The notes below the pieces were generated by a model that saw only the letters and a list, made by a program, of their open reading frames with translations, was not told where the DNA came from and did not search any database. From Eledone cirrhosa (Eukaryota), in the NCBI GenBank assembly GCA_964016885.1, contig OZ024756.1, forward strand, positions 22,444,001-22,508,000: DNA of 64,000 bases, read 5' to 3'. The translations under genes were made by a program, and so were the position numbers. Shown piece by piece: positions 40,279 through 52,059 of this stretch; positions within the stretch are counted from its first letter, which is position 1; every line of letters starts with the position of its first letter.

Positions 40279-40460
40279 CTGCTGCTGGTTATGTTGCTGC
40301 TAATCTTACTATTAATACTACAACAACTAATACCGCCACCACCGCTACTACTACTATTACTACTACTATTACTACTACTACTACTACTACTACAACTAAT
40401 ACCACCACCACAACTACTACAACAACAACTAATACCACCACCACTACTATTACTACTGCT
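39536..40460. repeat. (ACT)n/(GCT)n field with an internal (AGT)n polarity switch
   Basis: (AGT)n at 40215-40277. Confidence 0.95.
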
Positions 40461-40461
40461 A

Positions 40462-40925
40462 CGGTGGATTGGCAGCATTGGCCGAGCGTCGGACAACATG
40501 CTTCACAGCATAGAGTTGCAGCCCTTTACGTCCTGATTTCAAAGCTTTACCTTTCATCCTCACGGGGTCGATACAATAAAGTACCAGTAATACACTCTAC
40601 CATTACAACTATGAATACTATATTGCTCCTCATCATCACCATCACCATCACCACCGCATGAGTTACCCCATTATCATCATCATCATCATCATCAACACAC
40701 TCACTACCAAAAGGACCATCATCATCGCCATCACCATCACCATCATCATCATCAACACACTCACTACCAAAAGGACCATCACCATCGCCATCATCATCAC
40801 CACCATCTACGTTTAAGAAGATCTGTAAAAAAAGGCTAAAGACTGTCAGCAGCCTGGAGGCTCATCAGGCAGGTGCTTATCTCGGTTTCCATGGTGATAA
40901 CATCACCACCACCACCACCACCACT

Positions 40926-40974
<49 letters not shown>

Positions 40975-41222
40975 CCACCACCACTATCATCACAATCACC
41001 ATGACGTTTATAACATAAGATCCAGCAACACTATTGTGGATTTCCAGTATGTGTAAAAGGGTCGGGCGTTATGCTTTGTAGCACAGAGTTACGTCCCTTT
41101 ACGGTCTTAGTTCAAATCCCGCCCAAGTTAACTTTGCCTTTCATCCTTACTGTGTCGATAAAATAAAGTACCAGTAATGCACTGGGGTAATTGCTGGCCT
41201 TGTGCTTGAAATAGAAACAATT
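40462..41222 (+). mobile_element. Two major SINE copies (40462-40592, 41035-41222) within (CAT)n
   Basis: Head and body motifs. Confidence 0.85.
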
Positions 41223-41223
41223 A

Positions 41224-41461
41224 GCATCATCATCATCATCATCATCATCATCCTCATCACAATCACCATCACGTTTATACTATAAGATCCAGGAACATTA
41301 TCATCATCATCATCATCATCATCACCATCACCATCACGTTTATACCTCAAGGTCTAGAAACCTTATCATCATCATCATCACAATCACCATCACGTTTATA
41401 TCATAAGATCCAGAAACATTCTTATCATCATCATCATCATCATCACCATCACGCCCACCAA

Positions 41462-41499
<38 letters not shown>

Positions 41500-41586
41500 C
41501 CATCACAATCACCATCACGTTTATACTATAAGATCCAGGAACATTATCATCATCACCATCATCATCATCACCATCACGCCAACCAA

Positions 41587-41621
<35 letters not shown>

Positions 41622-41657
41622 CAATCACCATCACGTTTATACTATAAGATCCAAGAA

Positions 41658-41689
<32 letters not shown>

Positions 41690-41727
41690 CCATCACGCCA
41701 ACCAGCATCATGATCAACATCATCATC
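41224..41727. repeat. (CAT)n-punctuated array of CACAATCACCATCACGTTTATACTATAAGATCCAGGAAC
   Basis: About five copies. Confidence 0.9.
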
Positions 41728-43204
41728 TACTATTTAAGAAGTTCTAAAAAAAAACAAGTCGAAAGTCTGTCTCCAACACGAAGGGTCATCAGGCTGGTGC
41801 TCACCTCAGTTTTCGTAATGTAAAATAAAATGACTGAGAGTAAAAGACTCCCACCTCCTCCAACAGGGCACCAGCCCATCGCAGAGTTAAATCCCCCAGC
41901 TATTGCTGTTGGTACTCATGTTCAGCTGAGTATACTGGAGCAGCATGAAATGAAGTATTTTGCTCAAGAACACAACACACAACAAAGTCAACTCCTCGAA
42001 CTGATGCACGACATTATAACCGTAAGTCCACCACACATACTTTCGGGTCTCGAATAATGCCCCTCTCCTGCTCTGCTTATTAATCTTTCAGATTTTTTTC
42101 CAGCGCTTCCCCTAATCTATCTCCGGCGAAATTTTATTTTAAGTGGTATCATATTTGCGGCAATTAATGTTCTTTATACATTAAAAAAAAAAACAGTTAC
42201 ATTACTAGAAATTCCATATATTATAAAATGAATAGGATGGGTTGGGGGTCTCAATATGTAAGCTAAACGACTAAATCTGGTTTTTAAAAAAATCATTGGA
42301 GACAACCTAGATGAATTACTGATCACCACGCCGCCCTCGCTTATTCCTCTCACGCTCTCCGTTATTCCAACTCCTCGTATTATTTGGGAGTAACATTAGT
42401 TGCTGGAGATTTATTTGAACAAAACAAGCCATTGCCTTCAGACTCCTAACATTTGTCAGCGATTACCTCTATTTTTTCTCGCAATAAGAATTATCATAGC
42501 ACAGCAATTAATCGAGAGACTCAGACTCCGATTAACTCTTCGTAATATTTCAGGACAAATGTTTAGTTTTTCTATTGTACTTATTTTGATCTGGTCTGTT
42601 CTTTTGTTTGTTTGTTTGTCGAGAATTTTAATTGTTGTTATTAGATTTAACAAGATGAATGTTATATTGAAACCAAAGGCCCTTACCCCTCACCCTCTCA
42701 TAAGTCAACTGTCAAGGAATTTAATTAGCCAAACTTCGAACAATTTTCTTTTGGTTTAGAATAGGCTGCAATGTAATCCGAAGTAAATTGAAACAACAAA
42801 AACGATACCAACAACAACAACAACAACAACAGCAACAACAATGATAAGAATAATAGTAATAATAATAACATTAATAATATTGATGTTTTTTGTTGTTATC
42901 TTTTAAAAATCACAACACGCCGATTTATCAATTGCTGATTAAGAATCTCTTCTGTTTCACCTGTTGACAATAAGGTTTGCAAATGAATACAAATGGCCCA
43001 ATTAATTCCAGATTGTAGCTTTTAATTAACTTCTTATAAACTAATGTACAAACACAGAAGTACTACAACGTTCTATTAGTAACACACACTCACACACACA
43101 CACACACACACTCTCACATACACACACACATATATATATATACATACATAGATATATATATATTATATATATGTGTACATATATATATATGTATATACAC
43201 ACAC

Positions 43205-43239
<35 letters not shown>

Positions 43240-43244
<5 letters not shown>

Positions 43245-43434
43245 CAAAGGAAATGTGGTAAGGAACCAGGTGGACCATAACGCACCAAAGTACTCAATAC
43301 TTAGGGTAGTAGAGTGGGTAATAGGAACGAGTAGGACCCCGACGGCTGAGCTCAAGCCGTTTCAACGGCTAATTCTGTCAAGAATTAGCCGTCGAAACGG
43401 CTTGAGCTCAGCCGTCGGGGGTCCTACTCGTTCC

Positions 43435-43483
<49 letters not shown>

Positions 43484-43752
43484 ATGTGTGTGTGGGAGTG
43501 TGTGAGTGTGTGGGTGTATGGCTGTGTAGTGTGTATGCGTGTAGATCCAGAGTTTAGTCGACGGTAACCACAGTTCAAAATTGTATTAAATGCAATCTAT
43601 TGGTCGAGCATAACTATTTGATATAGAAATGTCTTGTACAGGACTAGAACTGTTTCATTCCGGGGAAATCATCAAGAAAAATCCCGAATATGTATACTCT
43701 GCCATGTATTGAGTACCTTAGATACTGTAGGATACACACACACACATATATA

Positions 43753-43808
<56 letters not shown>

Positions 43809-44042
43809 AAGGTTTTATTTAAAATTGTTGGGTTACAACAAGTAAATATTTTATAACTGATATAAAGCACTCGACAAGTTTTTGGAGTATATATACGATA
43901 TTAAACAAATGGAAACTATGTTTATAAAACCATATTTATTTCATCATACATATTTCAGGGATACCATATTAAAGGCATGCCATATTTTTAATATGGTATC
44001 CCTGAAATATGTATAATGAAATAAATATGGTTTTATAAACAT
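43240..44042. mobile_element. Three (TA)n-separated termini: family D palindrome 43321-43436, a fragment with hammerhead-like motif 43645-43677 (-), family B palindrome 43918-44042
   Basis: Near-perfect inverted arms; TTGATGA TTTCC-CC-GGAAT GAAACAGTTC. Confidence 0.7.
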
Positions 44043-44086
44043 ATATATGAAGCCGATCATTGGAGAATGAAGAATACTTCATTATT

Positions 44087-45112
44087 GGTGGTGGATTGGC
44101 AGTATCGGTAGAGGGTCGGACGCCATGCTTTGAAGCATAGAGTAAATTTCCTTTTATGATCTGAGTTCAAATCCCGCCGAGGTTAACTTTGCCTTTCATC
44201 CTTACGGGGTCGATAAAATAAAGTACCAGTAATGCACTGAGATAATTGCTGGCCTTGTGCCAAAAGTAGAAACAATTATTACTCTTTATTACGAGTGTGA
44301 CGAAATATTTCGTGTTACGGTAACACCCCGATACAACTCCAGCATCTCCTTTGATTTGCTTTCAATTAGCAGTCGATAGAAATGAAAGCCATTTAAATGA
44401 GATAATTTTCTCTGGGTGACAGGTTAAGTTGGTGTTTAGAGAAATGCGTCATTGTCTTTATTTCCTCTCTGTATTAGGTCTCAAAGGCACAAATCAAACG
44501 AATCGGGAAATAAAGGGTCCTCTGCCATCATTGCAGAGAAGGAAAACAAATAGCGAATATATTAATCAAAACCGGATTGTAATTAATTTCAATAAAACCC
44601 CTTAAACAGTGTTACGTCTATTATATTCACCGTCTTTTTCAGTTTGGTGGGTTTGTACGCCCCATAATTAGACTACAATTAGGCAATGGTACAGCGAAGC
44701 TTCTATTTCTATTTCATACACACATCATATCACTCTCTCTCTTTCTCTCTCTGTATATATATATATATATATGTATATAATTGTTTCTACTTTTGGCACA
44801 AGGCCATAAATTACCCCAGTACATTACTGGTACTTTATGTTATCGACCCCGTAAGAATGAAAGGCAAAGCTAACATCGGCGGGATTTTAACACATATCAT
44901 AAAGTGACGCAACACTGTTGTAAAGCAGGTCGTCCGACCCTTTACTGATACTGCCAATCCGCCACCATATATATATATATAATTGTTTCTACGTTTGGCA
45001 CAAGGTCACCAATTACCCAGTGCATTACTGGTACTTTATTTTATCGACCCCGTAAGGATGAAAGGCAAAGTTAACCTCGGCGGGATTTGAACTCAGAATG
45101 GCAAGGGCCGTA
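44087..45112. mobile_element. Three major SINE copies (44087-44278 +, 44778-44967 -, 44980-45112 -)
   Basis: Near-consensus sequence. Confidence 0.9.
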
Positions 45113-45918
45113 ATATATATATAATGTGAGTTGGTGTGAGTGTGTGCTAGTGTGTGTATGTGTGTGTTTATTGTAAAGCATTCTTGTTAGTTTTCCACAT
45201 TTAAACATTTAAACTTTGTGTATTTACGTTTATATTTATCAATCTTGTGTTGATGCACATTCTGCAAAATCATTTAGTGCATGCGAGTAGACAAAAGTGG
45301 CAAATTAATCTTCTGACGTTAGCCACACCATTAAAAATTCATAACAATAGACTTTCAAATGATTTTCATAAACATCTCTTATATCATTCGATATTAACAC
45401 ATACATAAATGTTATAACGCTTTGTTGGAACACCAAAAGTTATTATTAATATAAGCCGAGCCGGTTACCGCTCATATACATAAGTGAAAAATCTATACGA
45501 TTCGAACTTATATTAATTTCAGTAGAAGCAATATGTATACGTAACATTCACAACTGCCAAAAAATCAAGAAACACCGTTGTCGGTTGTTTCCCTTAACCT
45601 TTGCTGAGACACAAACATGTGACACTTATCACAATCTTAAAAATGATTGCGAAACTCTTTCAAATATTTTTCATAAACATCTAGTTTATTATTCGATATA
45701 CAACACGTCCATACATGTGTATTACTCTATGTTGGAGCAGCAATAATAACAGTTTTGTTTGTCTCTTCCCTGAATAGATAGACAGATTGTTTAGCAAACT
45801 CTAGTATGAAACTAAATTAATAAAAAAAAAATTTCTACGGCATAGAATCTTTAAGAATGTTACGAAACACACCTAACCAAGCCAACAGGCAATAACAACA
45901 GCGAAACACTAACAAAGC

Positions 45919-45968
<50 letters not shown>

Positions 45969-46429
45969 TTGATGGTGATGATAGTAATAATACAAAGAAA
46001 ACGAAGAATGATAACGAAAATATATAGATGGACGGGTTCCAAGGCGACAACATAGTTTTTTTCTCTATTCATTTCTTTAATCTAGAAGTTGGCTAATATT
46101 TTCTTTTCATATTTTCATATCCAATTCCAGTTTGGTTTCCTTATATTTTTTCCACTTGACATATTCAACGACAATTATACTTCTTTATAATATATGAAAT
46201 ATTTATTTTTCATATATCCTTTGACTGTGTATATAACCTTATCAATACATCAAAGAAGTTTGGTAACTTGGTCAGAGATTGGCACATATCACAGAGGTAC
46301 ATTTCGTCAACTCTAGTTTAAAACTTTCAATAATACATTCTAATGATCAAATAAATGTACCAAACTAAGCTAGACAGTTATATATACATATTTATATGTG
46401 TGTGTATGTTTGTATACATATATAACCGT

Positions 46430-46600
46430 CTCCCTGGGATATCTCATTTGATTTACCAATTCTATAACGTCCCTCCTCCATTTTCTCACAAGAAACCTTT
46501 TTTCGCCTGGCCTACTTTCATACACATTCCTTAGAATTTGCCGTATAGATTTCATCTACAACGCTTGACCGGCTCTAGCCACTCCCCTATCGTTCTACAG
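46430..46600 (-). mobile_element. Possible RTE-like LINE C-terminal remnant
   Basis: MKSIRQILRNVYESRPGEKR..RKWRRDV resembles RM..R..K.VYE...GKR..GRP..W.D. Confidence 0.35.
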
Positions 46601-46795
46601 GCACGTTTACCCACCCCACCCCGCACCCACTGCCATGATAGACTTTTCTGTTTCTACTACACATTTTGACCAATCCTCTTGACAACTACAATCTTCCCAT
46701 ATAAGGAAGTACCCTAGAAAAGTTCGGCTATTTATTTACCAGACTAAAAACTCTTACTCTAGTCCAGAAATAGCCGTCAAAACGGCTTGAGCTCT

Positions 46796-46882
<87 letters not shown>

Positions 46883-46933
46883 TAAATGCTGGAGAGAACA
46901 ACAAAGATTTATGAATACATGTATATATTTAAT

Positions 46934-47057
46934 GGCTAAAAAGTTGTTTCAAACATTGCACAGTAAGAGTGGACATTGATGTTATGATATCGAATATCAA
47001 TCGATATTAATCCATTAAAAATAAATAAATAAGTGTGTCAATATTATCTTCAGAGCC
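46934..47057 (-). ncRNA. Hammerhead with ~95-nt stem II
   Basis: GGCT CTGAAGA T AATATTG ... CAATGTT T GAAA CAACTT TT AGCC; stems I and II pair. Confidence 0.65.
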
Positions 47058-47400
47058 TAAAAAATGTTTTTATAACATGTCAATTTATAAATTAAATCGT
47101 TTCATCGAAGTGAAAAACTTACTTTAAATGTGGGGTGTTGATAATATAAGGATGGAATTAAAAAATCGTTAGAGCAACCATTTTGTACTGGTTTGAAAAT
47201 GAAGAAGTAAATAACATTGAAAGGGAGATCATTTGTTAAAAGAGGGAGATAATTAGGTATAAGTGTTTAGTCAAATATTCTATGGCTCGGAAGTCTAACA
47301 AACTATATACAGTGAGCATACTAACCTTCTCTATACTGCTAATAATCTACATAACTAATCACTTTTCTGTCCTCTTAATTAGCTTATTTGCTTTTTTCCT

Positions 47401-47465
<65 letters not shown>

Positions 47466-48046
47466 GAAGTACAACACTTCCTCCCTGACGTCATATAAAA
47501 TTATTTGTGTACTTGTTAAAGCTCAATTGCTATAAGTTAAAGTCTTGACTTGTCTCTTACTCAACTTGGCTTGGCTTGGCTTCAGATGCTGACCCCATGT
47601 GAACCAGCAGTACCGTTGGTAGGAATCAAAACTGACAAAATACATCTGAAAGATCGATGACGCTGGAGTTCTGTGTCTTTCGTTTGTATTTTTATTTGAG
47701 AAACTTGTTTTTTTAGGTTTCTCCCTAAAAATGCTCTTTTACGTTTTGAATTGTCTTCGTTCGTTTTCTTATCACATCTTTGTTAATCTAAATTTATACA
47801 TACATATATATGTGTGTGTGCACGTGTGCGTGTGTTTGTTTGTGTGTGCGTGTGTGTGTATGTGTGCGCGCCTTCTACTTTTAGGTTAATTTAGTGAGAA
47901 TCTACAAACGGGGAAAGATGCTAGAGAAGGTTTCTTCCTTTAGATTACTTTACCAGGAATTTACAGTCGGTGACTTTGTATGAGACACACATACGCACAC
48001 TCTCTCTTCCTCTCTCACCTTCTCTCTAACTCTCTAGGTCTCTCTG

Positions 48047-48154
<108 letters not shown>

Positions 48155-48192
48155 ATATTAACAAATGGAAACTATATTTATAAAACCATATT

Positions 48193-48258
48193 TATTTCAT
48201 TACACATATTTCAAGGGCCACCAAAGAAAACTATGGTGCGCTTTCATCAGATAAAATA
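48193..48258 (-). ncRNA. Type I hammerhead (family B)
   Basis: TATTTTAT CTGATGA AAGCGCACCA..TGGTGGCCCTT GAAA TATGTG TA ATGAAATA. Confidence 0.7.
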
Positions 48259-48620
48259 TAATATAGGTTAGTTTTATTAATAAATATTGACATACCCTTA
48301 AAAATGCAACCATTCTCGTTGGAATCTCCTGGATAGTGTAAATATAACCTCTACATATACATATATATATATACGTACATGTATATATACGTACATGTAT
48401 ATATATGTATATATATGTATATCTATATACATATATGTATATGTACACACACACGCGCGCACACACACACAACAGACACGCACATAAACAAACACACTCA
48501 CACACACACATATATATATATATGTATAAAGTCAAGATCATTAACCCTAAATCTAACCCTAACCCTAATGTTAACCCCAAAGTAGCAGCGCGCGTACACA
48601 CACACACACACATGCACACC

Positions 48621-48698
<78 letters not shown>

Positions 48699-49104
48699 AA
48701 TTTAGGACCATTAACAAAGAGGTAATAAGATAACGAACAAAAACAATGCAAAACATATATACATTTATCTGTGTAGACACAGAGACAGGTAAACTCACTG
48801 ATTTACACATTCACAGTTTCCAGACCAATGCAATTATCTATTTATGACGTCAAACTAAATGTCACGTGTGTCTCACACGCTTTTGCCTATGTTACGTCAT
48901 ACGAAACACGGTTTTTTTTTTGTATATATGTATATATATGTGAGTGAGTGAAGGGGGAGGTCTCAGTTGCTGAACGTGAACTGTACATAATTTTACAATA
49001 TCCGACAGCCACACACTACTGGTATCTTACCGCTATCCACATGAATGGAAAATCGATACGAGATTGATTGGAATAATTACAATAATAATCATTTTTACTA
49101 TAAT

Positions 49105-49360
49105 CAATTTTACTGTAGGCACAAGGGCCAACAATTTGGGAGGAGGGTAAAAAAAAATTGATAAATCGACCCCAGTGTATTACTGGTGTTTTATTTCATC
49201 GACCCCGTAAGGGTGAAAGGCAAGCTAACCTCGGCGGGATTTACCTCCTATCTTTTCGGGGTCGGTAATATAAAGTACCAGTCACGCACTGGGGTCGATT
49301 GAATCGATTTTCCCCTTCCCCAAAATGTTTGGCCTTGTGCCTGTATGAGAAACCATTATT
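49105..49360. mobile_element. Two headless major SINE bodies fused in opposite orientation
   Basis: Minus body to ~49243, plus body from ~49245. Confidence 0.8.
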
Positions 49361-49486
49361 GTAATTATTTCAGCTATAATAAGAGCTATGTCTGTCAGTC
49401 CGTCCTGAGGTGTCGGTAAACAACCAACATATACTCAAAATATATATATATAAGGGTGCGCTTATGTTAGTTGATATATTAAATTA

Positions 49487-49549
<63 letters not shown>

Positions 49550-49850
49550 TTACATTATTCTGGAGTAACTAAATATATATTTTGAGTATATGTTGGTTGT
49601 TTACCGACACCTCAGTATGCAGATTGGAGCACTCGACGAAGTGCGCAGGTTGGTTTGATTACTCTGGAGTAATGCAAAATTTTATATATATATATATATA
49701 TTTATACAAATACCCCTAGAGCAAATATTTATTATAAGTACGGATTAAAGTTTAAGGAAAGAATCGCTGCTTTCACCCTTTCACAAGATCACGTAAAGGG
49801 TAAAGACACCGATTATTTGCTTAAATTTTAATACTCTTTTACCTGTTGCA

Positions 49851-49943
<93 letters not shown>

Positions 49944-49948
49944 ATATA

Positions 49949-50145
49949 TCAATGATATTAATAAATGGAAACTATATTTATAAAACCATATTTATTCCTA
50001 TTCCATAGAATAAATATGATTTTATAAATATAGTTTCCATTTATTAATATCATTGATAGTATACTCCAGAAAATGTGTCGAGTGCTTCGAATCTGTTATA
50101 AATATATTTATTGAATTACCAACAAATTAAATATTCCTTTGCTTA
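49949..50145. mobile_element. Family B foldback lacking the ribozyme core
   Basis: Forward arm starts at ATAGAATA (50005), the stem I strand just 3' of the predicted cut. Confidence 0.7.
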
Positions 50146-50260
50146 TATATATTTTTTCCGTTTATCGTTTTCGATTAACCCACTCGATATGCAAATTGGG
50201 CTACTCAGCCATTAATATGCATAAGGTAAGTATATGTTCAACAATCTGGCAGGAAGGTAT

Positions 50261-50303
50261 ACGTTGCTGACGATAGTTAATAAGCTTGAAACTAGTACAG
50301 CGT
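50261..50303 (+). ncRNA. Minimal type I hammerhead
   Basis: ACGTTG CTGACGA T AGTT-AATA-AGCT T GAAA CTAG TA CAGCGT; 6-bp stem I, palindromic stem III, GUA triplet. Confidence 0.8.
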
Positions 50304-50582
50304 TCCTTTGTCAGTGTTGAACAAACGAGCAACGATGGTTGCTGGACACTACGGCTTAATACGCGATGTTTGTTTACAAACACACCGAGCATTATAATAG
50401 ATGTTCGGTGAATCCATACGTACATATATATATGTGTGCATGTATGTATATATATATACATACTACTGTACGTCTGTATACATATATGTATGTACGTGTA
50501 CATACTTATATTTAAGTAACAGCCGTACTAAGAGTGGGAAATGAAATTTCGTTTCCTTTTTTTCCGTTTATATATATATATA

Positions 50583-51158
50583 TATATGAAAAATATGGGG
50601 AGAAGAATACTGCACGGTTGCACATGAATTACATGTTATAAAATGAGTCCCTCATCAGTGATTTGCCAACGATCATTGGTATTTCATCGCATTAAAAATC
50701 ATATACCTCACGTTGGTGCGACAATAACTAAAATAAGTTATTGGGACAATTGAAACGCGTAAAGCGAGTGAGACAAGTAAACAACACAGTGGAAAGCTAA
50801 CTGAAGAGGGAAGAAACACAAGCAACATGGTTATTCTGTCAGCATAAGCTGGGTGAATACATGTGCGAGTGAGAAACAGACCTTTCGCTAGTGAATCCGA
50901 TGTGAGAAAGAAGGAAAATCGGGTTCGTAGCGGACGGGAGGAAGTAAGAAGGGGAGAAACAGAGAGTGAGTGAGTGGAAGTGCGAAGAAGAGGTCAGTAG
51001 AGAGAAAGTGTTAACTGACATGACAGAGAGGACGAAAGAAAGTAAGAGAAACAGAGAGAACGAGGGAGCAGTAAGAGAGAAAGAGAGAAACATAGAATCG
51101 CAGTTTAGGTAAATATATGAAAAATATGGGGAGAAGAATACTGCATGGTTGCACATGG

Positions 51159-51160
<2 letters not shown>
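50583..51160 (-). mobile_element. Non-coding retrozyme-like monomer with ~45-bp terminal direct repeat
   Basis: GAAAAATATGGGGAGAAGAATACTGCAYGGTTGCACATG at 50588 and 51119 (offset 531); CTGATGAGGGAC...TAACATGTA next to the left copy; (TA)n on both sides. Confidence 0.6.
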
Positions 51161-51254
<94 letters not shown>

Positions 51255-51280
51255 TATATTAAATTAATGGGAACTATATT

Positions 51281-51341
51281 TATTCTATTATATATATTTC
51301 AAGGCTACCAAAATTTTGGCACGCTATCATCAGATAAAATA
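51281..51341 (-). ncRNA. Type I hammerhead (family B)
   Basis: TATTTTAT CTGATGA TAGCGTGCCAA..TTGGTAGCCTT GAAA TATATA TA ATAGAATA. Confidence 0.7.
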
Positions 51342-51454
51342 TAAAATGTTTTATAAATATTTGACATAACCAAGGATAATATATATGTCGAGTGCTCTGA
51401 ATCAGTTATAAACTTTTATATTTGTTGTATTTCCAACAAATTAAATATCCCTTC

Positions 51455-51940
51455 TACTTGGTTGTCTGAAAAGTTCATAAGCTGACTATGAAGGAGTGAT
51501 GCTAGAGCTGTGAATTCTTGTATGTATGAATGTCAAGTCTTCTTATTTAATAACTACATTGTTTCTTTCCAGGGCCTATGTTGAAAAATAAACTTCATTT
51601 GGTCATTCCATGAGAGTATCTTGGTCAGCATATGATGGAGTAATGCTAGCACTGTCAAATCTTGCATGGATTAATTTCAACTCTTCTTATTAATAATTAC
51701 AATGTTTCTTTCCAGGCACCATGTTGGAAAATAAACTTCATTTGGTCATTCCAAGAGAGTATCTTGGTCAGCATATGATGGAGTAATGCTAGAACTGTCA
51801 AATCTTGCATGGATTAATTTCAACTCTTCTTATTAATAATTACAATGTTTCTTTCCAGGCACCATGTTGGAAAATAAACTTCATTTGGTCATTCCATGAG
51901 AGTATCTTGGTCAGCCTATGAACTATTCAACAGATTCTAG
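51455..51940. mobile_element. Mariner-type MITE with internal 143-bp triplication
   Basis: GAGAGTATCTTGGTCAGC at 51612, 51755, 51898; TIR CTGAAAAGTTCATAAGCTGAC / GTCAGCCTATGAACTATTCA. Confidence 0.8.
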
Positions 51941-52059
51941 TGTATATGGAGGTGGTGTTTATATGAGCGGGAAGAGAGAGCGAAGTCATGAAAGAAAATT
52001 TAGACATTTTTGCGGTTTATAGCGCCACGTTCTATATATTAGTATAGGTATTTCTTAGC

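Noticed and set aside
39445-40536. Poly-T/L/V ORFs resembling mucin or membrane proteins
   Set aside because: Translations of (ACT)n/(AGT)n microsatellites.
44087-44185. tRNA genes
   Set aside because: A/B boxes belong to SINE heads; no cloverleaf, and always joined to the SINE body.
48541-48580. Telomeric (CCCTAA)n
   Set aside because: Only a few degenerate interstitial units.
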